From: an uncultured Actinomycetota bacterium | GTDB taxonomy: Bacteria > Actinomycetota > Actinomycetes > Propionibacteriales > Nocardioidaceae | NCBI GenBank assembly: GCA_963830735.1 | Contig: CAWHNG010000003.1 | Span: 209,989 to 273,988 of the forward strand | Reading direction: 5' to 3' | Length of the DNA: 64,000 nt | Part shown: positions 29,671 through 40,499 of the stretch, piece by piece | How positions within the stretch are numbered: position 1 is the first letter of the stretch | How the letters are laid out: every line of letters begins with the position of its first letter | The notes under the pieces: generated by a model | Seen by the model: only the letters and a program-made list of their open reading frames with translations | Databases searched by the model: none | Told to the model about the DNA's origin: nothing | Translations under genes and position numbers: made by a program

Positions 29671-30587
29671 CCACGCTGGTCTCGCCGACGGTCGTCCGGA
29701 CCCGCGCGGAGCTCGCCGAACTGCTCGACCGTCCGGCTCCTCGCGTGCTCGTACCGACGATGGGCGCGCTCCACGACGGCCACGCGAGCCTGATGCGCGT
29801 CGGTCGCGAGCACGCCGGACCCGACGCCCTGCTCGTCGTGTCGATCTTCGTCAACCCGACCCAGTTCGGAGCGGGCGAGGACCTCGACCGCTACCCCCGG
29901 ACGTTCGACGCCGACCTCGAGGTCTGCGCCCGGGAGGGCGTCGACGTGGTCTTCGCCCCGTCGGTCGAGGAGATGTACCCCGGCGGCGTCCCCACCGGCG
30001 CCTCGGTCACCGTCGATCCCGGCCCGCTCGCCGACGAGCTCGAGGGCGGCACCCGGCCCGGCCACTTCCGCGGGGTGCTCACCGTCGTCGCCAAGCTGTT
30101 CGGCCTGGTCCGTCCCGACGTCGCGGTCTTCGGCGAGAAGGACTACCAGCAGCTGGTCCTGATCCGCCGGATGGCCTCCGACCTCTGCCTGTACGGCGCC
30201 CGCGGGCCGCTCGAGATCGTCGGCGCCCCGACCGACCGCGAAGCCGACGGGCTCGCTCGCTCGAGCCGCAACCGCTTCCTCGACGAGGAGCAGCGCCGGC
30301 AGGCCGCCGCCCTGAGCAGGGTCCTGCGCCGGGCGGCCGGCGATGCGCCGTACGGGCTGGAGTCGGCGCTGGCCGCCGCCCGCGCCGAGCTGCGCGCCGC
30401 CGACGGGGTCGACCTGGACTACCTCGAGATCCGCTCGCCCGACCTGGCCGTGCTGCCCGACGACGTACCCGCCGGGACGCCGGCACGGGCCCTGATCGCC
30501 GCCCGCGTCGGCACCACCCGCCTCATCGACAACCTGGCCCTGACCATCGGGTCTGCGCCGGCCGCCCAGTCCGAAGGGAGCAACTGA
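29667..30587 (+). CDS. panC: Pantoate-beta-alanine ligase
   Basis: [35 protein letters not shown]. Confidence 0.97.
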   Translation: MTTLVSPTVVRTRAELAELLDRPAPRVLVPTMGALHDGHASLMRVGREHAGPDALLVVSIFVNPTQFGAGEDLDRYPRTFDADLEVCAREGVDVVFAPSVEEMYPGGVPTGASVTVDPGPLADELEGGTRPGHFRGVLTVVAKLFGLVRPDVAVFGEKDYQQLVLIRRMASDLCLYGARGPLEIVGAPTDREADGLARSSRNRFLDEEQRRQAAALSRVLRRAAGDAPYGLESALAAARAELRAADGVDLDYLEIRSPDLAVLPDDVPAGTPARALIAARVGTTRLIDNLALTIGSAPAAQSEGSN

Positions 30588-31006
30588 TGTTGCGCACCAT
30601 GATGAAGTCGAAGATCCACCGCGCCACGGTGACCCAGGCCGACCTGCACTACGTCGGCTCGGTCACCGTCGACGAGGACCTGCTGGAGGCGGCGGACCTG
30701 CTGGCAGGCGAGCTGGTCCACATCGTCGACATCACCAACGGCGCGCGGCTGGAGACGTACACGATCGCGGGCGAGCGCGGCAGCGGCGTGATCGGCATCA
30801 ACGGTGCCGCCGCCCGGCTGGTGCACCCCGGTGACCTGGTGATCCTCATCGGCTACGGCCAGATGAGCACCGAGGAGGCCAAGGAGTTCCAGCCGCACGT
30901 GGTGTTCGTCGACGCCGACAACTCGATCCTGGCCACCGGTTTCGACGCGTGCGAGACCTTCGGTGACGAGTCGCTGCGGCGCGGCGACGTGACCGCCGCT
31001 CCGTGA
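30587..31006 (+). CDS. panD: Aspartate 1-decarboxylase
   Basis: [14 protein letters not shown] self-cleavage site, RLETY, NGAAA. Confidence 0.97.
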   Translation: MLRTMMKSKIHRATVTQADLHYVGSVTVDEDLLEAADLLAGELVHIVDITNGARLETYTIAGERGSGVIGINGAAARLVHPGDLVILIGYGQMSTEEAKEFQPHVVFVDADNSILATGFDACETFGDESLRRGDVTAAP

Positions 31007-31065
31007 GCCGTTCCGCGCCCGGCCGCGCGCCCCGGCCGGCGCCGCGGCTCGGATAGCCTTCACGG

Positions 31066-32760
31066 ATGCCTGAAGTCACCCGCCGTCTGCCGGGTCGCCT
31101 GACCGCTCCCGCGCCCGGCTGGACCACCAGCGCCGACGTCGTCATCGTGGGGTCCGGCATCGCCGGGCTGACCGCGGCGCTGCGCCTGCGCAAGAAGGTC
31201 GACAAGGTCCTGCTGGTCACCAAGGACGTGCTGAGCGCGGGCTCGACCCAGTGGGCGCAGGGTGGGATCGCCGCGGCGCTCGGCCCGGGCGACACCCCCG
31301 AGGAGCACGAGGTCGACACGCTGGTGGCCGGTGCGGGCGTCTGCGACCTCGAGGCGGTCCGGATCCTCGTCACCGAGGGCCCGGAGGCGGTGCACGAGCT
31401 GATCCGGCGCGGCGCCAACTTCGACCTCGACGAGGAGGGTGACCTGTCGCTGACCCGCGAGGGCGGCCATCGCCGCGACCGGATCGCCCACGCCGGTGGC
31501 GACGCGACGGGAGCCGAGATCCAGCGGGCGCTGACGGAGGCGGTCGAGTCCGACGGACGGATCGAGGTGATCCAGCACGCGCTGGCCGTCGACCTGCTGC
31601 TCGGCCCCGACGAGACGCTGGGCCGCGACCGGGTCGTCGGACTGACGCTGCACGTGATGGGCGAGGGCCAGCGGGACGGCGTCGGCGCGGTCCTGTGCCG
31701 CGCGGTCGTGCTGGCCAGCGGAGGCCTCGGCCAGGTGTTCTCCCAGACGACCAACCCGGCCGTCTCCACCGGCGACGGCATGGCGATCGCCCTGCGGGCC
31801 GGCGCGACCCTCCGCGACCTCGAGTTCGTCCAGTTCCACCCGACGGTGATGTACCTCGGGCCCGACTCCCGCGGCCAGCAGCCGCTGATCTCCGAGGCGG
31901 TGCGCGGCGAGGGCGCCTTCCTCGTCGACGACGAGGGCAACCGGTTCCTGCAGGGCGTCCACCCGCTCGCCGACCTCGCCCCCCGCGACGTCGTCGCCAA
32001 GGCGATCATGAAGCGGATGCTGGAGACCGGACGGCCGCACATGTGGCTCGACGCGCGGCACCTCGGCGCTGCGTTCTGGGAGCGGCGGTTCCCGACGATC
32101 CTCGCCACCGCCCGCTCGCACGGGATCGACCCGGTGACCGGGCTGATCCCCGTCGCGCCCGCCTGCCACTACGCCTCCGGCGGCGTGGCCACCGACCTCG
32201 ACGGGCGCACCGACCTCCCCGGTCTCTACGCCACCGGCGAGGTGGCCTGCTCGGGCGTGCACGGCGCCAACCGGCTGGCCTCCAACTCGCTGCTGGAGGG
32301 CCTGGTCTTCTCGCGGCGGATCGCCAAGGTGCTGCCCGACGAGCTCGGACCGTGGCTCGACCCGGTGCCCGACACGCGCACCGCGGGCCTCGTGTCCGGC
32401 GCAGCCCGCCGCGAGCTGCAGGAGACGATGACGTCCCGGGTCGGGGTGCTCCGCTCCGCGGAGGGTCTGGCGGAGGCGGCGGCCCGACTCGACAAGCTCA
32501 GCGGCCACGGTGCCGACGAGGTCGACCAGGACTCCTGGGAGACCACCAACCTGCTCACGATCAGCGCCGCGCTGGCCGACGCCGCCGCGCTGCGCGAGGA
32601 GACCCGCGGCTCCCACTGGCGCGAGGACTTCCCCGAGCGTGACGACGCGCAGTGGGCCGGCCACTTCGACGCGGTGATGGCCGACGGCGCGACCACGGTC
32701 GCCTTCCGCCCGTCGCCGCCGTCCGACGTCGACCTGCCCGCTGTCCAGGAGCACCGATGA
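31066..32760 (+). CDS. nadB: L-aspartate oxidase
   Basis: GSGIAG, AQGGIA, EGGH, QFHPT, SEAVRGEGA, HGANRLASNSL, ETRGSH. Confidence 0.95.
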   Translation: MPEVTRRLPGRLTAPAPGWTTSADVVIVGSGIAGLTAALRLRKKVDKVLLVTKDVLSAGSTQWAQGGIAAALGPGDTPEEHEVDTLVAGAGVCDLEAVRILVTEGPEAVHELIRRGANFDLDEEGDLSLTREGGHRRDRIAHAGGDATGAEIQRALTEAVESDGRIEVIQHALAVDLLLGPDETLGRDRVVGLTLHVMGEGQRDGVGAVLCRAVVLASGGLGQVFSQTTNPAVSTGDGMAIALRAGATLRDLEFVQFHPTVMYLGPDSRGQQPLISEAVRGEGAFLVDDEGNRFLQGVHPLADLAPRDVVAKAIMKRMLETGRPHMWLDARHLGAAFWERRFPTILATARSHGIDPVTGLIPVAPACHYASGGVATDLDGRTDLPGLYATGEVACSGVHGANRLASNSLLEGLVFSRRIAKVLPDELGPWLDPVPDTRTAGLVSGAARRELQETMTSRVGVLRSAEGLAEAAARLDKLSGHGADEVDQDSWETTNLLTISAALADAAALREETRGSHWREDFPERDDAQWAGHFDAVMADGATTVAFRPSPPSDVDLPAVQEHR

Positions 32761-33671
32761 CCCTCGCGCTGACGCCGTACGACGCCCTGCCCGCCGCTCT
32801 GCTCGAGGCGCTGGAGGCGAGTGCGCTCGACCCCGCCGGCGTCTACGACCTGGTCGCCCGCACGCTGGCCGAGGACGTGCCGACCGACGACGTCACCTCG
32901 GTCGCCACCATCGCGGCCGACGCGCAGGGGATCGCCGACTTCAACGCCCGGGAGGCCGGCGTGATCGCCGGGCTCGGGGTGGCGGAGCTGGTGTTCCACA
33001 TGGTGCTCGGCGCCGACGTGGAGGTCACCCACCTGGTCGCCGACGGCAGCCGGGTGGAGCCCGGCGACGCCGTACTCACCGTGCGGGGGCCCATCCGCGG
33101 CCTGCTGACCGCCGAGCGCACCGCGCTCAACCTCGCCTGCCACCTCTCCGGCGTCGCGACCGCCACCTCGGCGTGGGTCGCCGCGCTCGAGGGGACCCGG
33201 GCCCGGGTGCTCGACACCCGCAAGACGCTGCCGGGGCTGCGCGCGCTGCAGAAGTACGCCGTGGCGTGCGGCGGCGGGGTCAACCACCGGTTCAGCCTCT
33301 CCGACCGGGCGATGGTCAAGGACAACCACGTGCTGGCCGCCGGGGGAGTCGTGCCGGCCTTCCAGGCGGTGCGGGCGGCGTACCCCGACCTGCGGGTGGA
33401 GGTCGAGGTGACCGACCTCGACCAGCTGCGTGAGCTGCTCGACGCGGGCTGCACCGAGATCCTGCTCGACAACATGACCACCGAGATGATGACCGAGGCG
33501 GTCCGGATCAACGACGAGCGCGGCCGTGCCGCGACGCTCGAGGCGTCCGGCGGTCTCACCCTCGAGCGCGCTCGTGAGGTCGCGGCCACGGGTGTCGACT
33601 TCATCTCGGTCGGCGCGCTCACCCACTCCGTCGTCGTGTTCGACCTCGGCATGGATCTCCGCGCGGTCTAG
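32757..33671 (+). CDS. nadC: Quinolinate phosphoribosyltransferase
   Basis: ATGA overlap; ERTALN, DTRKT, KDNH, EASGG, SVGALTHS. Confidence 0.96.
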   Translation: MTLALTPYDALPAALLEALEASALDPAGVYDLVARTLAEDVPTDDVTSVATIAADAQGIADFNAREAGVIAGLGVAELVFHMVLGADVEVTHLVADGSRVEPGDAVLTVRGPIRGLLTAERTALNLACHLSGVATATSAWVAALEGTRARVLDTRKTLPGLRALQKYAVACGGGVNHRFSLSDRAMVKDNHVLAAGGVVPAFQAVRAAYPDLRVEVEVTDLDQLRELLDAGCTEILLDNMTTEMMTEAVRINDERGRAATLEASGGLTLERAREVAATGVDFISVGALTHSVVVFDLGMDLRAV

Positions 33672-33679
33672 GCGGGACG

Positions 33680-34474
33680 ATGACGATCCTGGCCGTCGAC
33701 GTCGGCAACGCGCACACGGTGCTCGGCCTGGTCCCGGAGGCCGCCGACGGATCGCCCGGCGAGGTGCGGGATCACTGGCGGGTCGCGACCGACGTCCACC
33801 GCACGTCCGACGAGTGGGCGGTGCTGCTGCGTGGCCTGACCGGTGTCGCGCTCGACGAGGTCGACGGGATCGCCGTCTGTGCCGCGGTCCCCTCGGTCCT
33901 CAACGAGTGGCGGACGATGCTCGACCGCTATTTCTCCGGCATCCCGCGGGTGATCATCGAGCCCGGCGTCCGGACCGGCGTGCCGATTCTGGTGGACAAT
34001 CCGCGCGAGGTCGGCGCCGATCGGATCGTCAATGCGCTCGCCGCCGCCCACGACTTCGGCGGACCTGCGGTCGTCGTCGATTTCAGTGGTACGGCGACCA
34101 CCTACGACGTGATCGATTCCGAAGGGCGTTTCGTCGGTGGTTCGATCGCCCCCGGAATAGAGATCTCCTTGGAGGCGCTCGGCCGACGGGGCGCCCAGCT
34201 GCGCATGGTCGAGCTCGTCCGGCCGCGCAGCGTCATCGCGAAGAACACGGTGGAAGCGCTGCAGTCCGGGATGATCTTCGGGGTCGCGAGCCAGGTGGAG
34301 GGCATGGTCGACCGGGCGGTGCGCGCCCTCGGCGTGCCGCCGGCGGACGTCCGGGTGATCGCGACCGGATATCTCGCGCCCCTGGTGCTCGAGGAATGCC
34401 GGTGTTTCACCGATCATTCTCCGTGGTTGACGCTGCGTGGATTGCAGCGGGCGTTCCGGCGTAATGTGAAATAG
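33680..34474 (+). CDS. coaX: Type III pantothenate kinase
   Basis: AVDVGN, EVGADR, VVDFSGTATT, GGSIAPG, IATG. Confidence 0.93.
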   Translation: MTILAVDVGNAHTVLGLVPEAADGSPGEVRDHWRVATDVHRTSDEWAVLLRGLTGVALDEVDGIAVCAAVPSVLNEWRTMLDRYFSGIPRVIIEPGVRTGVPILVDNPREVGADRIVNALAAAHDFGGPAVVVDFSGTATTYDVIDSEGRFVGGSIAPGIEISLEALGRRGAQLRMVELVRPRSVIAKNTVEALQSGMIFGVASQVEGMVDRAVRALGVPPADVRVIATGYLAPLVLEECRCFTDHSPWLTLRGLQRAFRRNVK

Positions 34475-34587
34475 CGCGGCGAACTGCGGGTCGACATTTT
34501 CGTCGTCACGCGGATATGCCATTATCGGCGCGAGTCCGGAGTCTGGGGCCGGGCCGAATCTTTGAATATCTGATCGGAGTCCACGCA

Positions 34588-34923
34588 ATGGCGCAGAAGG
34601 TCAACATCATCCTGGTCGACGACATCGACGGGAGCGACGCCACCGAGACCCTCACGTTCGGCCTGGACGGCACGTCCTACGAGATCGACCTCAACGACGA
34701 GCACGCGAGCGACCTGAGGGAGGCGCTGGCGCCGTACCTCGGCCACGCGCGGAAGGTCAGCAGCGGCCGGAAGCGGTCGACCTCGAGCCGTTCGACCGCC
34801 GCTGCCACCCCGACCCACTCCGCGCGCGAGATCCGCGACTGGGCCCGCTCCAACGGCTACGACGTTCCCGACCGCGGCCGGATCCCCGGTGACGTGAAGG
34901 ACGCGTTCGACGCCGCCCACTGA
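34588..34923 (+). CDS. lsr2: Nucleoid-associated protein Lsr2
   Basis: MAQKV..LVDDIDG, YEIDL, IRDWAR, RGRIP. Confidence 0.97.
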   Translation: MAQKVNIILVDDIDGSDATETLTFGLDGTSYEIDLNDEHASDLREALAPYLGHARKVSSGRKRSTSSRSTAAATPTHSAREIRDWARSNGYDVPDRGRIPGDVKDAFDAAH

Positions 34924-34979
34924 GTCCGGGCCCTGCGGCCCGCGTTCGCTGTCAGCGGACTGCTCGGGTTGCTGTGGCG

Positions 34980-35006
34980 GGAACGCGTAGGGTGGATGGC
35001 GAGTTG
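34980..35006 (+). promoter_or_regulatory. SigR/SigH-type ECF promoter upstream of clpC
   Basis: GGAAC-N18-GTTG matches the sigmaR consensus spacing. Confidence 0.7.
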
Positions 35007-35116
35007 TAGCACCTGTACGCAGGGCTGACGACGCTGTCAGCACGAGGTGATGCAACCTCGTCGCACCCGCGGCCCGGGAGGCCGTGCCGCGGGCCGAAGA
35101 GCTTGAGGAGCAACGC

Positions 35117-37696
35117 ATGTTCGAGCGGTTCACTGACCGAGCCCGCCGGGTGGTCGTGCTGGCCCAGGAAGAGGCCCGCATGCTCTCCCACAACTACATC
35201 GGCACCGAGCACATCCTGCTCGGGCTCATCCACGAGGGCGAGGGCGTCGCGGCGAAGGCCCTGGAGTCCCTCGACATCTCGCTCGAGGCGGTGCGCGCGC
35301 AGGTCGAGGAGATCATCGGCCAGGGCCAGCAGGCGCCGAGCGGGCACATCCCGTTCACGCCGCGGGCCAAGAAGGTTCTCGAGCTCTCGCTGCGCGAGGC
35401 GCTCCAGCTCGGCCACTCCTACATCGGCACCGAGCACATCCTGCTCGGCCTGATCCGCGAGGGCGAGGGCGTCGCCGCCCAGGTGCTGCAGAAGCTCGGC
35501 GCCGACCTCAACCGGGTCCGCCAGCAGGTCATCCAGCTGCTCTCCGGGTTCCAGGGCAAGGAGAGCGGAGCCGCCGCTGCCGCGTCCGGCAGCACCAGTG
35601 GCAGCGACGCGCCGTCGTCCTCCCTGGTGCTCGACCAGTTCGGCCGCAACCTGACCCAGGACGCCCGAGAGGGCAAGCTCGACCCGGTCATCGGCCGCGA
35701 GCAGGAGATCGAGCGGGTCATGCAGATCCTCTCCCGCCGTACGAAGAACAACCCGGTCCTGATCGGCGAGCCCGGTGTCGGCAAGACGACGATCGTCGAG
35801 GGCCTGGCCCAGGACATCGTCAAGGGCAACGTGCCCGAGACGCTCAAGGACAAGCAGATCTACACCCTCGACCTCGGCGCACTGGTGGCCGGCAGCCGCT
35901 ACCGCGGTGACTTCGAGGAGCGTCTGAAGAAGGTGCTCAAGGAGATCCGCACCCGCGGCGACATCGTCCTGTTCATCGACGAGATCCACACCCTCGTCGG
36001 TGCCGGTGCGGCCGAGGGCGCCATCGACGCGGCCTCGATCCTCAAGCCGATGCTGGCCCGCGGCGAGCTGCAGACCATCGGTGCGACCACCCTCGACGAA
36101 TACCGCAAGTACCTCGAGAAGGACGCCGCGCTCGAGCGCCGCTTCCAGCCGATCCAGGTCGCCGAGCCGTCGATCGCCCACACGATCGAGATGCTCAAGG
36201 GGCTGCGCGACCGCTACGAAGCGCACCACCGGGTGACGATCACCGACGAGGCGCTGGTCTCGGCGGCGACCCTGGCCGACCGCTACATCTCCGACCGGTT
36301 CCTGCCGGACAAGGCCATCGACCTGATCGACGAGGCCGGCTCCCGGCTCCGGATCCGGCGGATGACGGCCCCGGCCGACCTGCGGGAGTACGACGACAAG
36401 ATCGCCGACGTGCGCCAGCGCAAGGAGGCCGCGATCGACGGCCAGGACTTCGAGGCCGCCGCGCGCCTGCGCGACGAGGAGAAGCAGCTGATCCTCAGGA
36501 AGGCCGAGCGCGAGAAGCAGTGGCGCGCCGGCGACATGGACGAGGTCGCCGAGGTCGACGAGGAGCTGATCGCCGAGGTGCTCGCGGTCGCGACCGGCAT
36601 CCCGATCGTCAAGCTGTCCGAGGAGGAGTCCACGCGACTGCTCAAGATGGAGGACGAGCTGCACAAGCGGGTGATCGGGCAGGAGGAGGCCGTCAAGGCG
36701 CTCAGCCGCGCGATCCGCCGTACCCGTGCCGGCCTGAAGGACCCCAAGCGCCCCGGCGGCTCGTTCATCTTCGCCGGTCCGTCCGGCGTCGGTAAGACCT
36801 GGCTGTCCAAGACGCTCGCGGAGTTCCTCTTCGGCGACGAGGACGCACTGATCCAGCTCGACATGAGCGAGTTCGGCGAGAAGCACACGGTGTCGCGGCT
36901 GTTCGGGTCGCCTCCGGGCTACGTCGGCTACGAAGAGGGTGGCCAGCTGACCGAGAAGGTCCGCCGCAAGCCGTTCTCCGTGGTGCTCTTCGACGAGGTG
37001 GAGAAGGCCCACCCCGACATCTTCAACAGCCTGTTGCAGATCCTCGAGGAAGGTCGCCTCACCGACTCGCAGGGCCGGGTGGTCGACTTCAAGAACACCG
37101 TCATCATCATGACCACCAACCTCGGCACCCGCGACATCTCCAAGGGCGTCAACCTCGGCTTCCAGCAGAGCGGCGACGCTGCGGGCTCCTACGACCGGAT
37201 GAAGGCCAAGGTGTCGGAGGAGCTCAAGCAGCACTTCCGCCCGGAGTTCCTCAACCGTGTCGACGAGATCGTGGTCTTCCCGCCGCTGTCGCGGGAGCAG
37301 ATCGTCCACATGGTCGACAACATGATCGCCTCGGTCGAGCTGCGGATGCGCGACCGCGACATGCGGATCGAGCTGACCCAGGCTGCGAAGAACCTGCTCG
37401 CCGAACGCGGGTTCGACCCGGTCCTCGGCGCGCGACCGCTGCGTCGTACGGTCCAGCGCGAGATCGAGGACGTGCTCGCCGAGAAGATGCTCTACGGCGA
37501 GGTCGGCCCTGGTCAGATCGTCCTGGTCGACGTCGACGGGGAGGGTCCGACCGCGACCTTCACGTTCGAGGGCCAGAAGATGGCCGAGCTGCCGGACCTG
37601 CCGCCGCTCGAGACCGCGCAGATCGACGGGCCCGCCCAGCCGCCCGCCGCGAACCGTGGCGACGAGGCTGCTCCGGGGACTGCGGCTGCGGAGTGA
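35117..37696 (+). CDS. clpC: ATP-dependent Clp protease ATPase subunit ClpC
   Basis: [13 protein letters not shown]; two AAA modules ([16 protein letters not shown]); UVR coiled coil. Confidence 0.98.
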   Translation: MFERFTDRARRVVVLAQEEARMLSHNYIGTEHILLGLIHEGEGVAAKALESLDISLEAVRAQVEEIIGQGQQAPSGHIPFTPRAKKVLELSLREALQLGHSYIGTEHILLGLIREGEGVAAQVLQKLGADLNRVRQQVIQLLSGFQGKESGAAAAASGSTSGSDAPSSSLVLDQFGRNLTQDAREGKLDPVIGREQEIERVMQILSRRTKNNPVLIGEPGVGKTTIVEGLAQDIVKGNVPETLKDKQIYTLDLGALVAGSRYRGDFEERLKKVLKEIRTRGDIVLFIDEIHTLVGAGAAEGAIDAASILKPMLARGELQTIGATTLDEYRKYLEKDAALERRFQPIQVAEPSIAHTIEMLKGLRDRYEAHHRVTITDEALVSAATLADRYISDRFLPDKAIDLIDEAGSRLRIRRMTAPADLREYDDKIADVRQRKEAAIDGQDFEAAARLRDEEKQLILRKAEREKQWRAGDMDEVAEVDEELIAEVLAVATGIPIVKLSEEESTRLLKMEDELHKRVIGQEEAVKALSRAIRRTRAGLKDPKRPGGSFIFAGPSGVGKTWLSKTLAEFLFGDEDALIQLDMSEFGEKHTVSRLFGSPPGYVGYEEGGQLTEKVRRKPFSVVLFDEVEKAHPDIFNSLLQILEEGRLTDSQGRVVDFKNTVIIMTTNLGTRDISKGVNLGFQQSGDAAGSYDRMKAKVSEELKQHFRPEFLNRVDEIVVFPPLSREQIVHMVDNMIASVELRMRDRDMRIELTQAAKNLLAERGFDPVLGARPLRRTVQREIEDVLAEKMLYGEVGPGQIVLVDVDGEGPTATFTFEGQKMAELPDLPPLETAQIDGPAQPPAANRGDEAAPGTAAAE

Positions 37697-37714
37697 TCCG
37701 TCACTGAGTGACAC

Positions 37715-37753
37715 CGACACCGGGCCGGCGCGTCGTGCGCCGGCCCGGTGTCG
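37715..37753 (+). terminator. 17-bp GC stem terminator-like hairpin after clpC
   Basis: CGACACCGGGCCGGCGC-GTCGT-GCGCCGGCCCGGTGTCG. Confidence 0.75.
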
Positions 37754-37908
37754 TGTTCTCGGGCGGGCCCGGCCCGGTGCCGGGGCCACGGACGTCGCCC
37801 AGGTACGCTACGGGCCCTTCCGGGGGATCGAACCGAGCTACTGGTTCGGCACCCTTCTCGTGGCGACGGTCGCCTTGACTTGCGAAGGGTTCTGGGGTGG
37901 GTGGTCTG

Positions 37909-38697
37909 ATGGATATGCGCAACTTTCGCGCCGTGAAGTCGTTCGTGGGATGGCTTCTCGCGTTCCTGGCGGCCGCCGCAGCGGCTGGGTTGCTCTTTCT
38001 CGGCGACAACGACGCATTAGCGCAGTCGGACGCCATCGATTCCGGCAGTGCCGAGACCACTTCTGCGCGCCTTGAAGCGTGGTTGGACACGAACGAGCGC
38101 GATCGACTGGGTTCGTCCCGGGATCGCAACGGTCCCGACGAGTGGAAGGCCGACTTCGCCGCTGAAGGCCCGTCCGGGCAACTCGACGTCGACGGTGGAT
38201 TCAACGTCCCGGGCAAGGGAGAGATCCTGCGCGAGTGGGATGGCGCCACAGTGACCTGCTACCTGTGGGGCGACACGGTGATCGGCGTCAAGCTGCCGGA
38301 CGGCACGGTGCTCAAGAGTGACCAGATCGGCTGGCGCGGCACCATCACCCGCTACGCCGCCGGCGTCTTCGCCCTCGGGATCGCGCTGCTGATCGGTGGT
38401 GCGAAGCTGAGGATGGGGTTCCTGACCGGCTTCGTCGGCGGCGTCCTGATGGCAGCCGTCGTGGTCGTGATGCTGCACCTCAACCTGCTGTGGGTCGCTC
38501 TGGCCATCGACCTCGTCGTCGTGCTCGCCGTCGGCTTGTTCGTCGCACGGCGGCGCCGAAGAGCGAAGGCAGGGGGCGCCCAGGGCTCCGACGATTCCGA
38601 TCGGTCGCCGGACGAGGCAGCGGGTCCGCCGTCGGAGGATTCGCGACCCGATGACGGTGAGGCTCCGCACCGCGATCGATCGCTGTTCGACAGCTAG
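37909..38697 (+). CDS. Hypothetical membrane protein
   Basis: N-terminal TM, soluble domain, three C-terminal TMs; start uncertain (37897/37909/37915). Confidence 0.6.
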   Translation: MDMRNFRAVKSFVGWLLAFLAAAAAAGLLFLGDNDALAQSDAIDSGSAETTSARLEAWLDTNERDRLGSSRDRNGPDEWKADFAAEGPSGQLDVDGGFNVPGKGEILREWDGATVTCYLWGDTVIGVKLPDGTVLKSDQIGWRGTITRYAAGVFALGIALLIGGAKLRMGFLTGFVGGVLMAAVVVVMLHLNLLWVALAIDLVVVLAVGLFVARRRRRAKAGGAQGSDDSDRSPDEAAGPPSEDSRPDDGEAPHRDRSLFDS

Positions 38698-38719
38698 CCG
38701 TGGACGAGGCCCCAGTCCG

Positions 38720-39595
38720 TCAGGGGAGGGCGTAGCCGCCGTCGGCGACGGTCACCGCCAGGCCGTCCTCGAGCAGGGACGCGAGGCAGCGGTCGCGCTG
38801 GGCGGCGTCGTCCCACGCGGCGTCGAGTCGGTCGCGGGCGACCGGACCGGGAGCGTCGCGGAGTACGGCGAGCAGCCGGCCCCTGCACTGCCGGTCGGTG
38901 CCGGCGTAGGTCTGCACCGGCCGGGGCGGGCCGTCGTACGCCGGATGCCCCGCGGCTCTCCAGGCACACCGATCCGTGACCGGGCACCGGTCACAGCGCG
39001 GCCGGTCGGCGGTGCACACCAGCGCTCCGAGCTCCATCACCGCGACCGACCACGTGGCCGCCGTCGGCGCATCCTCCGGAAGCAGGTCCGCCGCGAGGTC
39101 CCGCTCGGCACGGTTGACGGTGCGGGCCGGGAACTCGACGCCGGTGACGGAGCGCGCCAGGACCCGCCGCACGTTCGTGTCGAGGACGACGTGGCGGCGG
39201 CCGTAGGCGAAGGTGGCGATCGCCGCTGCGGTGTAGTCGCCGACGCCGGGAAGGGCGCGCAGGGCGTCGTACTCCTCGGGGACCTGGCCGCCGTGCTCGT
39301 CGCGGATCGCGGTGGCAGCGGCGTGCAGGCGCAGCGCGCGACGGGGGTAGCCGAGTCGTCCCCAGGCCCGCACCGCCTCGCCGGTCGGTTCGGCGGCGAG
39401 GTCGGTGGGGGTGGGCCACCGGGTCAGCCAGGCCTCGTGCACGGGCAGGACCCGCGCGACCGGTGTCTGCTGGAGCATGAACTCCGAGACCATCACCGAC
39501 CACGGGCCGGCCGACGTACGTCGCCACGGGAGGTCGCGCGCGTGCTCGTCGTACCAGTCGAGGACCGGGGTGAGGAGGCCGTTCGGAGCAGTCAT
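38720..39595 (-). CDS. mutY: A/G-specific adenine DNA glycosylase
   Basis: RDLPWR, SEFMLQQT, WGRLGYPRRA, LPGVGDYTA, DTNVRR, CX6CX2CX5C Fe-S motif. Confidence 0.95.
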   Translation of the reverse strand: MTAPNGLLTPVLDWYDEHARDLPWRRTSAGPWSVMVSEFMLQQTPVARVLPVHEAWLTRWPTPTDLAAEPTGEAVRAWGRLGYPRRALRLHAAATAIRDEHGGQVPEEYDALRALPGVGDYTAAAIATFAYGRRHVVLDTNVRRVLARSVTGVEFPARTVNRAERDLAADLLPEDAPTAATWSVAVMELGALVCTADRPRCDRCPVTDRCAWRAAGHPAYDGPPRPVQTYAGTDRQCRGRLLAVLRDAPGPVARDRLDAAWDDAAQRDRCLASLLEDGLAVTVADGGYALP

Positions 39596-39698
39596 CGCGA
39601 CCATTCTCCCGGCAGGCCGGTGGATTCGCGGGGGTGGATCTCGGTGCCGTCGTCGTGGCACCACGAATCCGGGCCCCGGGGTCGTTAGCGTGGACGAC

Positions 39699-40430
39699 AT
39701 GCCGCCGCTGACCCGTGGCCCGCTGCCGGCGGGCGTCTACTGGCGCCGCCGGTTCTTCGTCGGGGCGCTCGCCGTGACCCTGGTGTTCGTGATCGCCAAC
39801 CTGCTCATCGGCGGGAGCGACGGCAGGTCCGACGACCCGCCCGCCGCACAGCAGGCCGCCGGCACCGTGGCCGCGACCGAGACCGTGACCGTCGGCGCCG
39901 AGGAAGACAGCACCGACCGGGGCACCGGCCGTCGCGCCGACCGGGCCGAGCCGCTGCCGGCACCCGAGGGGGTCTGTGCGGAGTCCGACGTCACCGTCAC
40001 CCCCCGGGTCACCGATGCCGTCGCCGGCCGCGACGTCACGATCGCACTGAGCCTGCAGACCGTCGAGTCGCCGGCCTGCACCTGGCACATCTCGCCCGAC
40101 CGGGTCACCGTCAAGATCAGCGACGGCGGCGAGGAGGTCTGGACCACCCGGCAGTGCGGCGACGTCGTACCCGACCAGCAGGTCGTCGTCCGCAACGAGG
40201 TGGCGACCGTCGTCGAGCTGACCTGGCGGGAGGCCCGCGAGTCCGACGACGGCTGTCCCAAGCAGACCGACTGGGCAGGCGCGGGGGACTACACGATCGT
40301 CGCGGCGGCCCTCGGTGGCGAGCCGATCGAGACCGAGTTCGACCTCGTCGACCCGACGCCCGAGACGGTCACGCCACGAGCCCGAGCCCGAGAAGAAGGG
40401 CGACCGGAAGAGCGAGAAGCGGGCCGGTGA
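39699..40430 (+). CDS. Conserved actinobacterial membrane-anchored protein (Rv3587c-like, YWRRR motif)
   Basis: RGPLPAGVYWRRR then TM; position between mutY and disA; leaderless -10 TAGCGT. Confidence 0.7.
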   Translation: MPPLTRGPLPAGVYWRRRFFVGALAVTLVFVIANLLIGGSDGRSDDPPAAQQAAGTVAATETVTVGAEEDSTDRGTGRRADRAEPLPAPEGVCAESDVTVTPRVTDAVAGRDVTIALSLQTVESPACTWHISPDRVTVKISDGGEEVWTTRQCGDVVPDQQVVVRNEVATVVELTWREARESDDGCPKQTDWAGAGDYTIVAAALGGEPIETEFDLVDPTPETVTPRARAREEGRPEEREAGR

Positions 40431-40499
40431 CGCCGACGACGAGCCCGCCGAGGACGACACCGGGAGCGCGGAGCAGCCCGAGCCGCGGCGCTGACGCTG

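Noticed and set aside
28614-35060. Shared GTTGCATCA 9-mer in the pan and clpC leaders, and a GGGAC-N17-GTTG ECF-like promoter at 28614
   Set aside because: Only two occurrences, in opposite orientation and different hairpin register, and the -35 deviates from consensus; could be chance.
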